Part shown: piece by piece, positions 39,384 to 48,254 of the stretch | How positions within the stretch are numbered: the stretch's first letter is position 1 | How the letters are laid out: the number at the start of each line of letters is the position of its first letter | IMG/VR virus record: IMGVR_UViG_3300047160_014082 | Coordinates: 19,028 to 83,027 of that record | From: a virus | Taxonomy: Duplodnaviria > Caudoviricetes | Reading direction: 5' to 3' (one strand) | Length of the DNA stretch: 64,000 nucleotides | The notes under the pieces: generated by a model | The model's database searches: none | What the model was told of the DNA's origin: nothing | The model's input: only the letters and a program-made list of their open reading frames with translations | Program-made: the position numbers and the translations under genes

Positions 39384-41189
39384 ATGGATACTCCAACTAC
39401 AGCAAATACAGCTCCGAAAAAAATCAGATCCTTGGATTGTGAGTGCCCAGCTCCGGGCTATTGCCCGAAATATGAACGCAAGATGCTAGGACGCTTATGG
39501 GAGCTGTGTAGCGGTCATTGCCACCCGGAGCGTCCCTGCACCCGGGATATGATTCTGTCCTATCGGAAACACTTCGTTGAACTCTATTTAGGCTTGAGTA
39601 AGGAGGAAATCGACCGTCTGGAAGTAGAAACAATCGTTGAGGAGCATAAACGCACACCAAGTCCGGCTCCTAGAGAAATGCGCCGGGCGCTGCCTTGTGC
39701 CTACCTAGGACCTGAAAAGGACCAGAATGTCTGCGGGAGCTGCACAAATAATACTCGTGTCAAGGTCTTTTCTTGTTCTAATCCTGGCAAGCCTGATGGC
39801 CGCACTACGTTACGATTTTGCTGGGATCATTGCCCAATTTATACCCCTGAATACGGATCCTGGAACGATCTGCCCGAACCTGTGCAGATGCCATCGGAGA
39901 ATATGAGCCTGGTGTCTGCTCTCAAGCTTCTGGATTCTCCCCCCATCGTTCCCCAAGGAAGCCAGGCTGAATGGTCCAGCTGGAAGGTAGTATCGGACGC
40001 TCACATAATTGGTGCTGATGCTGCTGCGGCGAGGGCGCTGCGCCTATCCTGTCCTAGCCTGCCCCAGGAAAAGGGTATTGTTATGGGTGTGGGGGGAACA
40101 GACTTGTATACTCAAGCTTGGGTTTGCACCAAGCGCCTGCGCGACCTGGGTTGTAAGCTGCCGATTCAGTGGTGGTATATCGGGCTTGGGGAAATGGACC
40201 CGACGATGATCGACCTGGTACAAAGCGAGTTGAACGTCGAATGCGTTAACGCTCGGGACCATACAGCACTACATCCGGCGCGGATCCTGGCCGGCTGGGA
40301 ACTCAAGCCTTACTCTATTATCCATTCTCCTTTCTACCAGGTCTTGTATCTGGATGCAGACAATACCCCCTGCCGGGATCCTACTTACTTGTTCGATGCT
40401 ATGTTATTCCAAGAGCTTGGCGCTGTGTTCTGGCCCGACATCCCACCGCCCAACCGGATGGAATGGATTCCGCCCAAAGCTTGGGAATCGTGTGGTATGG
40501 CTTACATCAGCAGCCGCGCTTTTGAAACGGGCCAACTTATGGTAGACAAGCGCAAATGTTGGCCCGCGCTACAACTTACCATGTGGATCAATGAGCACTC
40601 GGATCGTTTCTACCGGGTCGTGTATGGGGATAAGGATACTTTCCTGCTAGCCTGGACAAAGACGAATACCCGCTATGCCATGCCTGGGCGTGGCGCTGAT
40701 GACAACGGTGCCGGCTTGACTCATTTTGATCTGCAAGACAATCGAATCTTTCAGCATCGCTGTCAACACAAATGGCGCTATCAAGGACCGAATCGCAGCC
40801 CCCGTACCTTCTATTTTGGTGCGGAATGCCTGCAAATCATCGATGGCCTATGCCAGCGTTGGTGTGGGCGTCCTTGGGATCCTCAGTATATGAGCCCGGA
40901 TGAAGACAGGCTAGCAGATGAAGTAGTCGGCCTATATCAATACGAGCGCATTGGTTTGAATATCCGGCCCTTGCAATTGATGCAGAATGGGAAGATAGGA
41001 ACAGGACGTGCGGGCTGTGAAGATTATTGGAGTTTGTATATCTTGAATGGAGTTCCGACGCTGATTATCGGCGGGGGTGGACGAGCAACGATGTTCTTGA
41101 CCGGGGGTTTGAACCGTGGGATTTGGCGCGGGCGTTGGGAATACTACGAGCGCTGCCCCGTGGCTTTGGTAAAATTGGAGGGGTGCTAA
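39384..41189 (+). CDS. GT71/Mnn2-like mannosyltransferase with Cys-rich N-terminus
   Basis: LGCKLPIQWWY, KPYSIIHSPF..VLYLDADN, VFWPD, ETGQLMVDK, YGDKDTF.LAW. Confidence 0.8.
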   Translation: MDTPTTANTAPKKIRSLDCECPAPGYCPKYERKMLGRLWELCSGHCHPERPCTRDMILSYRKHFVELYLGLSKEEIDRLEVETIVEEHKRTPSPAPREMRRALPCAYLGPEKDQNVCGSCTNNTRVKVFSCSNPGKPDGRTTLRFCWDHCPIYTPEYGSWNDLPEPVQMPSENMSLVSALKLLDSPPIVPQGSQAEWSSWKVVSDAHIIGADAAAARALRLSCPSLPQEKGIVMGVGGTDLYTQAWVCTKRLRDLGCKLPIQWWYIGLGEMDPTMIDLVQSELNVECVNARDHTALHPARILAGWELKPYSIIHSPFYQVLYLDADNTPCRDPTYLFDAMLFQELGAVFWPDIPPPNRMEWIPPKAWESCGMAYISSRAFETGQLMVDKRKCWPALQLTMWINEHSDRFYRVVYGDKDTFLLAWTKTNTRYAMPGRGADDNGAGLTHFDLQDNRIFQHRCQHKWRYQGPNRSPRTFYFGAECLQIIDGLCQRWCGRPWDPQYMSPDEDRLADEVVGLYQYERIGLNIRPLQLMQNGKIGTGRAGCEDYWSLYILNGVPTLIIGGGGRATMFLTGGLNRGIWRGRWEYYERCPVALVKLEGC

Positions 41190-41190
41190 A

Positions 41191-41877
41191 ATGGGGCTGT
41201 GCTTCCGACCAAATACCTGGGATCAAGCCATCTGGGAAAGCGTGTCTCTGCGGAACGAGTACCAACTACCCGATTCTCTGGTAGGCCGCAGTGTGGTAGA
41301 TATTGGCGCGCATATTGGTTCTTTCGCCGCTGCCTGCTTGCGCCGGCACGCTGCCAAGATCTACTGTTACGAGGCCAATTGGGACAATGTAAAGTGCATG
41401 GTTCATAATCTGCATTCTGCTCTGGAGGCTTGGCAGACGGTAGAAATACATCACTTGGCAGTCTGGAGAGCCAATGAAAATCCTGGCTATATGCGTCTAG
41501 TCGAGCCAGCTGGCGTAGATTGCAATACGGGTGGACGGTTTGTTACTACGGATAATCTAGGGATGGAAACTGTGGGGGTTGTGGGTATTGATGAAGTGCT
41601 ACAACGGACAGCTACGCGCAGTTCTACAAATGGCTGCCCAAATCGAGTGGGCTTGCTAAAGATGGATTGCGAAGGAGCGGAATGGGACCTGTTGCGGACC
41701 AGCCAATGTTTGGATCTGGTAGATGAAGTAGTGGGAGAGTATCACTTGGTTCCGAGACAGGAAGAAGAACGGGGCAGCGTGGAAAACCTAATGACCTACT
41801 TACACCGAGCTGGCTTTCAGACACGTACTAAGCTGTCCTCGACTTACTTGGGATTATTCTGGGCCTGGAGGGGTTAA
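41191..41877 (+). CDS. FkbM-family methyltransferase
   Basis: VVDIGAHIGSF, CYEAN, LLKMDCEGAE, VVGEYH. Confidence 0.85.
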   Translation: MGLCFRPNTWDQAIWESVSLRNEYQLPDSLVGRSVVDIGAHIGSFAAACLRRHAAKIYCYEANWDNVKCMVHNLHSALEAWQTVEIHHLAVWRANENPGYMRLVEPAGVDCNTGGRFVTTDNLGMETVGVVGIDEVLQRTATRSSTNGCPNRVGLLKMDCEGAEWDLLRTSQCLDLVDEVVGEYHLVPRQEEERGSVENLMTYLHRAGFQTRTKLSSTYLGLFWAWRG

Positions 41878-41894
41878 TTGGAGGAGGATGAGAC

Positions 41895-42233
41895 ATGCCT
41901 GTCGTACAAAGTTTCCAATTCATTCGGTTCCAGGACGGCCTCCTGGAAATTGGTATGCTGCCGTCTGAGCCCATTTCCGGTTGGAGCATCAACTTTCAGG
42001 TCTTTACCCGGCCTGGGGGTACAGTACCGCTCATCAACAAGTACCTGGCATCGGGCTTCATCAACGGCGAGAGCGGCATGTACCTGGTGAATGGGGCCGC
42101 GGGTGTGTACTCGGTGGCGCTGCACGCCGGCGATACTAGTGGTTTTCTGAACGCAAATTACTATTACACCAATACGCGCACGGATTCGGGGAACGTCAAG
42201 GAATTGTCGCGGGGATTCATCACGATGAGGTGA
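41895..42233 (+). CDS. Small beta-rich structural-like protein
   Basis: GGAGGA RBS; Ig-like pattern; 5 SG dipeptides. Confidence 0.5.
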   Translation: MPVVQSFQFIRFQDGLLEIGMLPSEPISGWSINFQVFTRPGGTVPLINKYLASGFINGESGMYLVNGAAGVYSVALHAGDTSGFLNANYYYTNTRTDSGNVKELSRGFITMR

Positions 42234-42241
42234 GGTGGGAT

Positions 42242-42625
42242 ATGCAGAAGGTGAATTTGAAGGCGACGGGGCAAGCGGCTCTGGTAGCCGTGAAAGCCAT
42301 TCTCAAGCTGGCTGACAAAGCGGTGAAGAAGAGGGAGCCGGAGGCCCCCAAGGTTCACCGCACCCACAAGCTCGACTCCGCGGGCTGGCTGGAGAGCGGC
42401 CGCTGGGTGAACGTGTCGAGCAGTAACGTCCATTCCATCCGGTACGACCAAGCGATGGCCATCTTGTTCGTCCGTTTTCAGAACGACCAAGGTGGCCCCG
42501 GCGCCGAGTATGCTTACTACAACGTGCCGCGGCGGATCGCCAAGGGGATGTTTAATGCGGGATCGATGGGAAAATATGTTTGGAGTCATTTGAGGGATAA
42601 ATATTCCTATGCTAGGCTTAATTGA
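42242..42625 (+). CDS. KTSC domain protein
   Basis: VSSSNVHSIRYD...LFVRF...YAYYNVP...NAGSMGKY. Confidence 0.85.
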   Translation: MQKVNLKATGQAALVAVKAILKLADKAVKKREPEAPKVHRTHKLDSAGWLESGRWVNVSSSNVHSIRYDQAMAILFVRFQNDQGGPGAEYAYYNVPRRIAKGMFNAGSMGKYVWSHLRDKYSYARLN

Positions 42626-43193
42626 CAGTTCTCCACTTCTTGCGGTTTATAATATGGCAAACTAGGGTATCACTTATGTTGAAACGCTCGGCCAGTTCTT
42701 TTTGGGTGTAATGGCCAGAAGTGTACAAAGCTCGAAGTTCCCTTACTGACTTTACAGTCATCTTGCTTTGCATTCCGTTTGATTCACCTATATTATAATG
42801 TACCCCTTTTGGTCCTATCCTTCGATCCGTTCCGTGAAACACCTTGTCCCGTTCATTTTCTTGGTACGTTCCCCATTGAATATTATTAAGATTACAATTA
42901 GACGGGTTCCGGTCTGGAAAGTGCCGACAAATCATCCCTTCGGGGCGGGGTCCTACGAAGGACAAGAGGACTAAATGATGAACAAAAAAGACTTTGACCT
43001 GTTTTTCTTTGCATAGGGTGACAGTGAGCCGGCCCTTGTTATCCGCACGGGGTTTTAGAATTCTTCCTTGGATTTTACACGTTTTTCCTTTCCCATAGGG
43101 AACAATACGAGGTATGGAACGGATGCTTCCTAAATTAGAAGCCTGATAATACTCCTCGTATCCAGGAACATCTTTCCATACCTCGTCTTTCAT
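42618..43193 (-). CDS. NUMOD4-HNH homing endonuclease with C-terminal HTH
   Basis: EVWKDVPGYEEYYQASNLG (NUMOD4); VHHLVLLSFVGPRP...CRH...N..LNNIQWGT..EN; AT-richer than its flanks. Confidence 0.9.
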   Translation of the reverse strand: MKDEVWKDVPGYEEYYQASNLGSIRSIPRIVPYGKGKTCKIQGRILKPRADNKGRLTVTLCKEKQVKVFFVHHLVLLSFVGPRPEGMICRHFPDRNPSNCNLNNIQWGTYQENERDKVFHGTDRRIGPKGVHYNIGESNGMQSKMTVKSVRELRALYTSGHYTQKELAERFNISDTLVCHIINRKKWRTVN

Positions 43194-43207
43194 ATTTTTC
43201 TCCCATC

Positions 43208-43270
43208 ATGGGCAAGTACGTCTGGGCCAAGCTGCGCGACAAGTACAGCTATGCCAAACTCAACGGCTAG
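43208..43270 (+). pseudogene. Displaced original 3' end of the KTSC gene
   Basis: MGKYVWAKLRDKYSYAKLNG* is 16/19 identical to the current KTSC end but uses GC-rich codons. Confidence 0.75.
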
Positions 43271-43485
43271 GTTCGGGCCACGGGATTGGTGTAGGTCCCG
43301 GAAATGCGCTTGGTGCTGGCCCCGCAGCCCTCGTCCCAGCGCTTGCCCATGTCTTCGATTTCCAGGGTGAAGATGATCCGGCCACAGTTTTTGCATTTAC
43401 GTTTGCGGACCACCTTGCCAGGGCGCTCGTCCCGAGTATCCAGAACTTCCTGACGGCCCTTCTGGCAATACTTGCAGATCATCAT
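43267..43485 (-). CDS. NrdR N-terminal-like zinc ribbon protein
   Basis: MICKYC...VLDTR...VRKRKCKNCGRIIFTLE. Confidence 0.7.
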   Translation of the reverse strand: MMICKYCQKGRQEVLDTRDERPGKVVRKRKCKNCGRIIFTLEIEDMGKRWDEGCGASTKRISGTYTNPVART

Positions 43486-43831
43486 TCCCTCGCACTTCTT
43501 CATGGGTCCATATGTAGGTCACACCAGCGATGGTAAAGATTTCTTCGTCGTAGCGCTTTCTCAGGTCAGTAAGGTGATAAACCATCGTTTTCTCGTAAAC
43601 GGCTCTTATGGCATAGGCCGCACCAAGACAATACATCGCTTGGCAGAGCACAAACGATAGCCACGGAAGCGGTCCCATACCTAATTGCCAGGTCATAAAC
43701 CAGACATAGACTTGGAAGGCTCCCCCAGCCACTACAAACATAATCAAGGGGGCTCTCATCAGGAGTGCTCGTAGCACGAGCTTGGCCCAGCTGCGCTTGG
43801 TACGCTTAAATCGTCGTTGGGGTAAAAGCAT
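43397..43831 (-). CDS. Membrane protein
   Basis: Two hydrophobic segments; the 3' part overlaps the next gene. Confidence 0.5.
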   Translation of the reverse strand: MLLPQRRFKRTKRSWAKLVLRALLMRAPLIMFVVAGGAFQVYVWFMTWQLGMGPLPWLSFVLCQAMYCLGAAYAIRAVYEKTMVYHLTDLRKRYDEEIFTIAGVTYIWTHEEVRGNDDLQVLPEGPSGSSGYSGRAPWQGGPQT

Positions 43832-43833
43832 AA

Positions 43834-44421
43834 CTACTCTCCTAAATCGTAAACCTTGTTACCCACACACAGGTCGGGGATGTGGGTGGCCATGATGAAT
43901 TGGATCCCTAATTCCTGGGCCAGCTCGCGAATGAGCTGAGCGGCCCGGGGCCGGCATTCCTTGTCTAGGAACTTGAACGGCTCGTCTTGAACGAGCAACT
44001 TGCGTTTCGCGGGATGGCTCAGACACAAGCAGGCCAGGCGCTGGGCGAAACCGATCATATCGCAAACCCCCCCGCCGGCCTGGTGCAAAGGGTCGTCCAG
44101 CTCCAGGCCGTCCCGATACAGAACAACAACGGCTTCCGTCTTGCCACGCTTCTGTTCGAACTTGATTTCTACTGAGTAGGGCTGTTCATACACGGCTTCC
44201 AAGCAGCGTGTAACGACCTTGGCAATTCTTTGGCTGACCTGGTTCTGAACCTGTTGGGCGACCTCCTGGCAAAGCTTCTGGGCGCCCTGGGTATACCCCA
44301 AGGCAATCTTGTCGTTCTTGATGGCCTTCTTGATGGTCTTGATGTCCCGTACGATCCCCTGATGTTCCGTTAATAGCCGGTCCAAGTTTTTCCGCCATCT
44401 GTCTAGCTCGACGTCGAGCAT
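43834..44421 (-). CDS. sbcC: SbcC/Rad50-like ABC ATPase, C-terminal half
   Basis: Coiled coil, AGGG signature, LLVQDEPFKFLD Walker B/D-loop, MATH H-loop. Confidence 0.8.
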   Translation of the reverse strand: MLDVELDRWRKNLDRLLTEHQGIVRDIKTIKKAIKNDKIALGYTQGAQKLCQEVAQQVQNQVSQRIAKVVTRCLEAVYEQPYSVEIKFEQKRGKTEAVVVLYRDGLELDDPLHQAGGGVCDMIGFAQRLACLCLSHPAKRKLLVQDEPFKFLDKECRPRAAQLIRELAQELGIQFIMATHIPDLCVGNKVYDLGE

Positions 44422-44650
44422 GATTGTCGTTGCTCCTTTTCCGGCACGTTGGGCACAAGACGATCCCAGGACCGCGCCGCCGGCCGCAGACGGGGCACAA
44501 GCCCTGAGCCTTGCGTTGTTCATAACGTTCCTTGGCCTTAGCGATGATGCTGCGCATACATTCCTTGCAAACGCTGGCCCCAGGTTGGGGGGCACCACAA
44601 GCACCACAACGGTCGGCTTCCCGGTAACGTAAGTATGATAGGCTACTCAC
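44186..44650 (-). CDS. Zinc-finger protein (the 3' part overlapping sbcC-C may be non-functional)
   Basis: CGACG..CKEC and CPVCG..CPTC. Confidence 0.5.
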   Translation of the reverse strand: MSSLSYLRYREADRCGACGAPQPGASVCKECMRSIIAKAKERYEQRKAQGLCPVCGRRRGPGIVLCPTCRKRSNDNHARRRARQMAEKLGPAINGTSGDRTGHQDHQEGHQERQDCLGVYPGRPEALPGGRPTGSEPGQPKNCQGRYTLLGSRV

Positions 44651-44905
44651 TTATAGATCCTCCAAGGCTTTGCGGACTTGAGGCTCCGTCTGTTCCCGCC
44701 AGACGGTGCGTCTCTCATCTACTTCGGGCTCTTCCTTCGCTAGCAGTTGTTGTAATTTGGCCAGGCGCTTCTTCAGCTGCTCCAGGTCTAAACCCTCATC
44801 TTCCTTGTGTTGCTGAATCTGGCCTTCGGTCTGATGTAACAGGCGCTCATACTGCTTCTCCAGTTCTTTCAGCTCCCGATACTCATCTGGGGTTAGGGGT
44901 TTCAT
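44651..44905 (-). CDS. Coiled-coil hypothetical protein
   Basis: Heptad-like E/K/L/Q composition; coupled to sbcD. Confidence 0.55.
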   Translation of the reverse strand: MKPLTPDEYRELKELEKQYERLLHQTEGQIQQHKEDEGLDLEQLKKRLAKLQQLLAKEEPEVDERRTVWREQTEPQVRKALEDL

Positions 44906-45912
44906 TTTTTGTCCCCACCCATGGCTGCTAGGGCACGTTGCCGCAAGCCATCGGAAACTTGGCCATGATCCATGGTCCGAATTACGGCCGCGGCGTAGTC
45001 CATAGCGGACTGTCCCAGATCCCCCAGGGAAGCGATGACGTCATCAAAATAGCCTTCCTGCTTCAGCTCGCCGGGTTGTTGAGGGGTAAACTTGTCATCA
45101 CCGATGTTGAGCGCCTGACGCTTCACAGAGCCATCGGAGTAGATAATGCCAATGCTAGGCCAGTGTGCCCGCTCGACCATGCGCCTCCGGATGAACGTCC
45201 CACAGTTGTAGACGTAGGCGCCATGATCCAACTTGGCATCAAAGGGGGTGTGGTTATCCCCGACTACGACAACATCGTAACCCCGGAACGAGTCGGACAG
45301 GCGCATAAGACGATCTTCGACCTTGGCCCCCTCATAGCCAGTCTTTTTCGTCCAGATGTATTTGTGAACTAGAGCGATATCTATTGCCATATCGTGGGGC
45401 CGTTCCAGAGGCATAGGCTTGTGTCCCCAGGGGAAGCCGTGTAGGCGCAGCACTCGCCCCTTGGTGGTTGGGATTTCGATGAACTCTTGTGGAAAGCCAT
45501 CTTCAAATTGGGCTGGGGGGACATTAATGACCTTGCCGGCCTTGACTAGTGTCCAGTAGGCGCTGCGTTCGATGTCATCATAACGGTGATGGGGCAGATC
45601 ATGCTGGCCGGGGATGGCATAACACCGCGGGGGTAGCATTCCCAGAACCCAATTGATCAACTCTGGGGGACAACGATGGGGTCGCCAGCCGTCATCAAAT
45701 ACATCCCCAGCGATCAGAATGGGCAGTAACCAATTTTCTCCTATCATTGGGGGTTGTTGCTGGGATAGCCTTTCTTGCAAGGTGTGCAACTGGCGCAGGT
45801 AGCCAGTCTGGACTGCATACCAGTAGAGGGACTCTTGCTCCCGGGCCAGGGGTGCCTTGTGGGATAGGTGTAAATCCCCGATCACAAGGGCGACCGGATC
45901 GGCTGGCCGCAC
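44902..45912 (-). CDS. sbcD: SbcD/Mre11-like metallophosphoesterase nuclease
   Basis: GDLH, AGDVFD, PGQHD, LVH, GDNH; start placed at GTG after GGGGAGG. Confidence 0.85.
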   Translation of the reverse strand: MRPADPVALVIGDLHLSHKAPLAREQESLYWYAVQTGYLRQLHTLQERLSQQQPPMIGENWLLPILIAGDVFDDGWRPHRCPPELINWVLGMLPPRCYAIPGQHDLPHHRYDDIERSAYWTLVKAGKVINVPPAQFEDGFPQEFIEIPTTKGRVLRLHGFPWGHKPMPLERPHDMAIDIALVHKYIWTKKTGYEGAKVEDRLMRLSDSFRGYDVVVVGDNHTPFDAKLDHGAYVYNCGTFIRRRMVERAHWPSIGIIYSDGSVKRQALNIGDDKFTPQQPGELKQEGYFDDVIASLGDLGQSAMDYAAAVIRTMDHGQVSDGLRQRALAAMGGDKK

Positions 45913-46787
45913 AGCGGACACCTCCCCTTTGTCCCCTTGGCGATTCGCTGGCGGATCTGGGCCAACTTTTCTTGTAGTTCGCATCGCGTTTCCTGTAGTT
46001 TGGTATACCTACGTATAGCATTTTCGACGTCCGCTAGCTCGACCCGGTAGTCCAGGACCCTCTTAGCCTGGACCAATAGGGATTGCAACGCCGTACGCGC
46101 TCGTAGGAGCGTTTTCTTGCGTTGGGCTAGTCTCTCCCCCTCTTGGAGCTGATCGTTGATCCTGGCGCATTCCTGACGGGTTTTCGCTATGGACGTGGAC
46201 AAACGTTCTATTTCTGCTAGTTCGGTATTAGCTTGTAATACCCAAGCTAGGGTATCCCGCTTGCCCCGGGCATCCTTCAGGGACTCCCGATGCAGGTCGA
46301 GTTGCGTCTTTTCACGGCGGACCCAGCTGGCCAGATTGGCAAGGGTGCTGTCAATCAAGGTGAGGTCAACAACGGCGTTTAGTTCCCGGGCCAGCTGACC
46401 CCCCGTTAGGTTGAGCCAGAACGGGGGGTCGTGCTGATCCTGGAAGTTCACGTTTCCGACATTGAGGAGCTTGGCGACGCCAGCGGGGACTTCGGTGCCG
46501 ACTTTTTGGAACTGACCAGCGCCAAGTTGATAGCTATTGTCTGACCGGCTTCGATAGCGGGTACAGGTTTGTCCATCAACGAACAGAATGCATTCAGAAA
46601 AGTCTGTTCCTTTTCGGATAAAGGATACTCCAGAAGGATAGTTTGTTGCCAGCCACCTAAGACATCGGAGCAATGCAGATTTTCCCGCATCGTTAGGTCC
46701 TGTAAATACGGTAACGAGCGGGTCAAGTACGAACTCTTCCCGCTCGTGTTTCTGGAAATTCACGACGACGATCTTTTCAAGAGCCAT
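45882..46787 (-). CDS. sbcC: SbcC/Rad50-like ATPase, N-terminal half ending in a zinc hook
   Basis: VVNFQKH, GPNDAGKS Walker A, FQDQHD Q-loop, C-terminal CPLCG. Confidence 0.85.
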   Translation of the reverse strand: MALEKIVVVNFQKHEREEFVLDPLVTVFTGPNDAGKSALLRCLRWLATNYPSGVSFIRKGTDFSECILFVDGQTCTRYRSRSDNSYQLGAGQFQKVGTEVPAGVAKLLNVGNVNFQDQHDPPFWLNLTGGQLARELNAVVDLTLIDSTLANLASWVRREKTQLDLHRESLKDARGKRDTLAWVLQANTELAEIERLSTSIAKTRQECARINDQLQEGERLAQRKKTLLRARTALQSLLVQAKRVLDYRVELADVENAIRRYTKLQETRCELQEKLAQIRQRIAKGTKGRCPLCGQPIRSPL

Positions 46788-46795
46788 GGTTGTTG

Positions 46796-47059
46796 CTAGG
46801 GGGATCCGGGGGTGGGGCGCAGGTTCTTGATTGTAGTTGTTACTCCATCTATTCCATCGTTACGACAAACTTCGGCGATGGTCTTGATGATAGCAATATG
46901 GCCAATGTCTAGTCCTTTGGCGTGCAGCTTGGCATCGGTGCAAACTTGCTTGTAGGTCTTGTAGCCGGACGCCCAGCCTACCTGTCGGGACCATACGATA
47001 TGGCCATAGTGGTCTTCGAGGATGTGGAGCAAGAAATAGCGATTCTTTTTGGTGCTCAT
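46796..47059 (-). CDS. Hypothetical protein
   Basis: ATGA overlap with the upstream fragment. Confidence 0.5.
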   Translation of the reverse strand: MSTKKNRYFLLHILEDHYGHIVWSRQVGWASGYKTYKQVCTDAKLHAKGLDIGHIAIIKTIAEVCRNDGIDGVTTTIKNLRPTPGSP

Positions 47060-47148
47060 GCCAACCCCTTTTCCCGGGCGATCCAGGCAGATACAGCAAC
47101 GTCAGTCAGATCCTCATCACCTAAGTAGTAGTCGTTAGGATCGGCCAT
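47056..47148 (-). pseudogene. C-terminal fragment of a small gene split by an HNH insertion
   Basis: MADPNDYYLGDEDLTDVAVSAWIAREKGLA*; ATG 3 nt after the HNH stop. Confidence 0.55.
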
Positions 47149-47151
47149 CCG

Positions 47152-47802
47152 TTAGCTTGCAGCCGTATTCTGAAATCGAGGCCAACTAAGAGCCGACTTC
47201 CAACAAGCAACCATGGTTCTTAATTCTTCCCAAGTGGCATTGTTCTTAATGGTATTTGCCCGATAGCTGATGACCCACACGTTCCCAGGAATGTAGTCCT
47301 TCAAAGGGTCGATCCGATCTACCGAAGCCGTAAATCTTCTCCCATACCCGCGTGCTCCTCTACCATAAATAAGTTCTACTCCAAGCAGAGGGCAAACTTC
47401 AGGAAGAGGAAGCAAATCGCCAACCGAAATTGTACACTTCATTCCTTTCTTAGCAGCAGACTTTCTACACCCCCTAATAGCCTGCTTGGCCCACATTTCA
47501 GGAATCTGCCGCACCCTTTCTCTCCATTTCTCTTGAGCCCGTTTGTTGCTCCTAGCTGTATCGGCACGCTCGGCTCTGTAAGCAAAGCTGCATTCTCTTG
47601 AACAAAACTTTGGGGTCTTGCGCTGAGCCTCCGAATCGGATCGCTCGAACTTATTCTTACAGTATTCACAGAAAAAAGTCCGAAAGCTGGTCCGTATGGA
47701 TTCCCAATAACACTCAAGGGAGCAGTACACAGCAGCTTTCGCAGGTTCTCCACAAGTCGGGCAAAGTTTTCTTTTAACTTTTTTCTCCCTAAAAACTTTC
47801 AT
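47152..47802 (-). CDS. Zn-finger HNH-like (His-Me) endonuclease
   Basis: YCSxxC repeats; CPLLG...SVDRIDP..DY.PGNVWVISYRANTIKN; AT-rich. Confidence 0.8.
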   Translation of the reverse strand: MKVFREKKVKRKLCPTCGEPAKAAVYCSLECYWESIRTSFRTFFCEYCKNKFERSDSEAQRKTPKFCSRECSFAYRAERADTARSNKRAQEKWRERVRQIPEMWAKQAIRGCRKSAAKKGMKCTISVGDLLPLPEVCPLLGVELIYGRGARGYGRRFTASVDRIDPLKDYIPGNVWVISYRANTIKNNATWEELRTMVACWKSALSWPRFQNTAAS

Positions 47803-47915
47803 TTTTTACCTCCAGGGATCCATTCCTCCCGGCCATCGGGCAGCTGAAACAGAAAAGCCTTGCTGGTAGACCGAAGGATTTTTTCCACTTCGATGTAGAC
47901 CCATTCATCAGGCAT
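47799..47915 (-). pseudogene. N-terminal fragment of the split small gene
   Basis: MPDEWVYIEVEKILRSTSKAFLFQLPDGREEWIP followed by GGKK*. Confidence 0.55.
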
Positions 47916-48252
47916 CGAAATTCTCCAGTTTGATGGATTCCATACGGTATTGCCAGGTTTTCCGTTTCCCGCGCTTGCCCTTCTTGGCCCAGCTGACGAT
48001 CCAGATGAGTCCTCCATGTTGTAGCCAAAGCTTGGCACGTGGCTCGGCGAGAATCTTTTTCCGCCGAGCCACGTGGTTCGTGCCACTGGTAGCTTGGACA
48101 CCAACAATACTGGTAGCGTCCAGCACAACCAGATCGATGAAGCCAAACAAATCCTGGCGCACGCGCGCATGGGGGTTCCAGCGCTCGACAATAGCGACCG
48201 TCCAGCCGTTCTTGCGAAACAATTCCAGAGTTCGTTGTGTAGGGCTGGACAT
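47908..48252 (-). CDS. PD-(D/E)XK nuclease (resolvase/VRR-NUC-like)
   Basis: QRTL...GWTVAIVE...DLFGFIDLV...VQAT. Confidence 0.7.
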   Translation of the reverse strand: MSSPTQRTLELFRKNGWTVAIVERWNPHARVRQDLFGFIDLVVLDATSIVGVQATSGTNHVARRKKILAEPRAKLWLQHGGLIWIVSWAKKGKRGKRKTWQYRMESIKLENFDA

Positions 48253-48254
48253 TT

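Noticed and set aside
47149-47811. Group I intron around the second HNH
   Set aside because: The boundaries fit U|...G|, but the ORF fills almost the whole insert and no P/Q/R/S core was recognisable.
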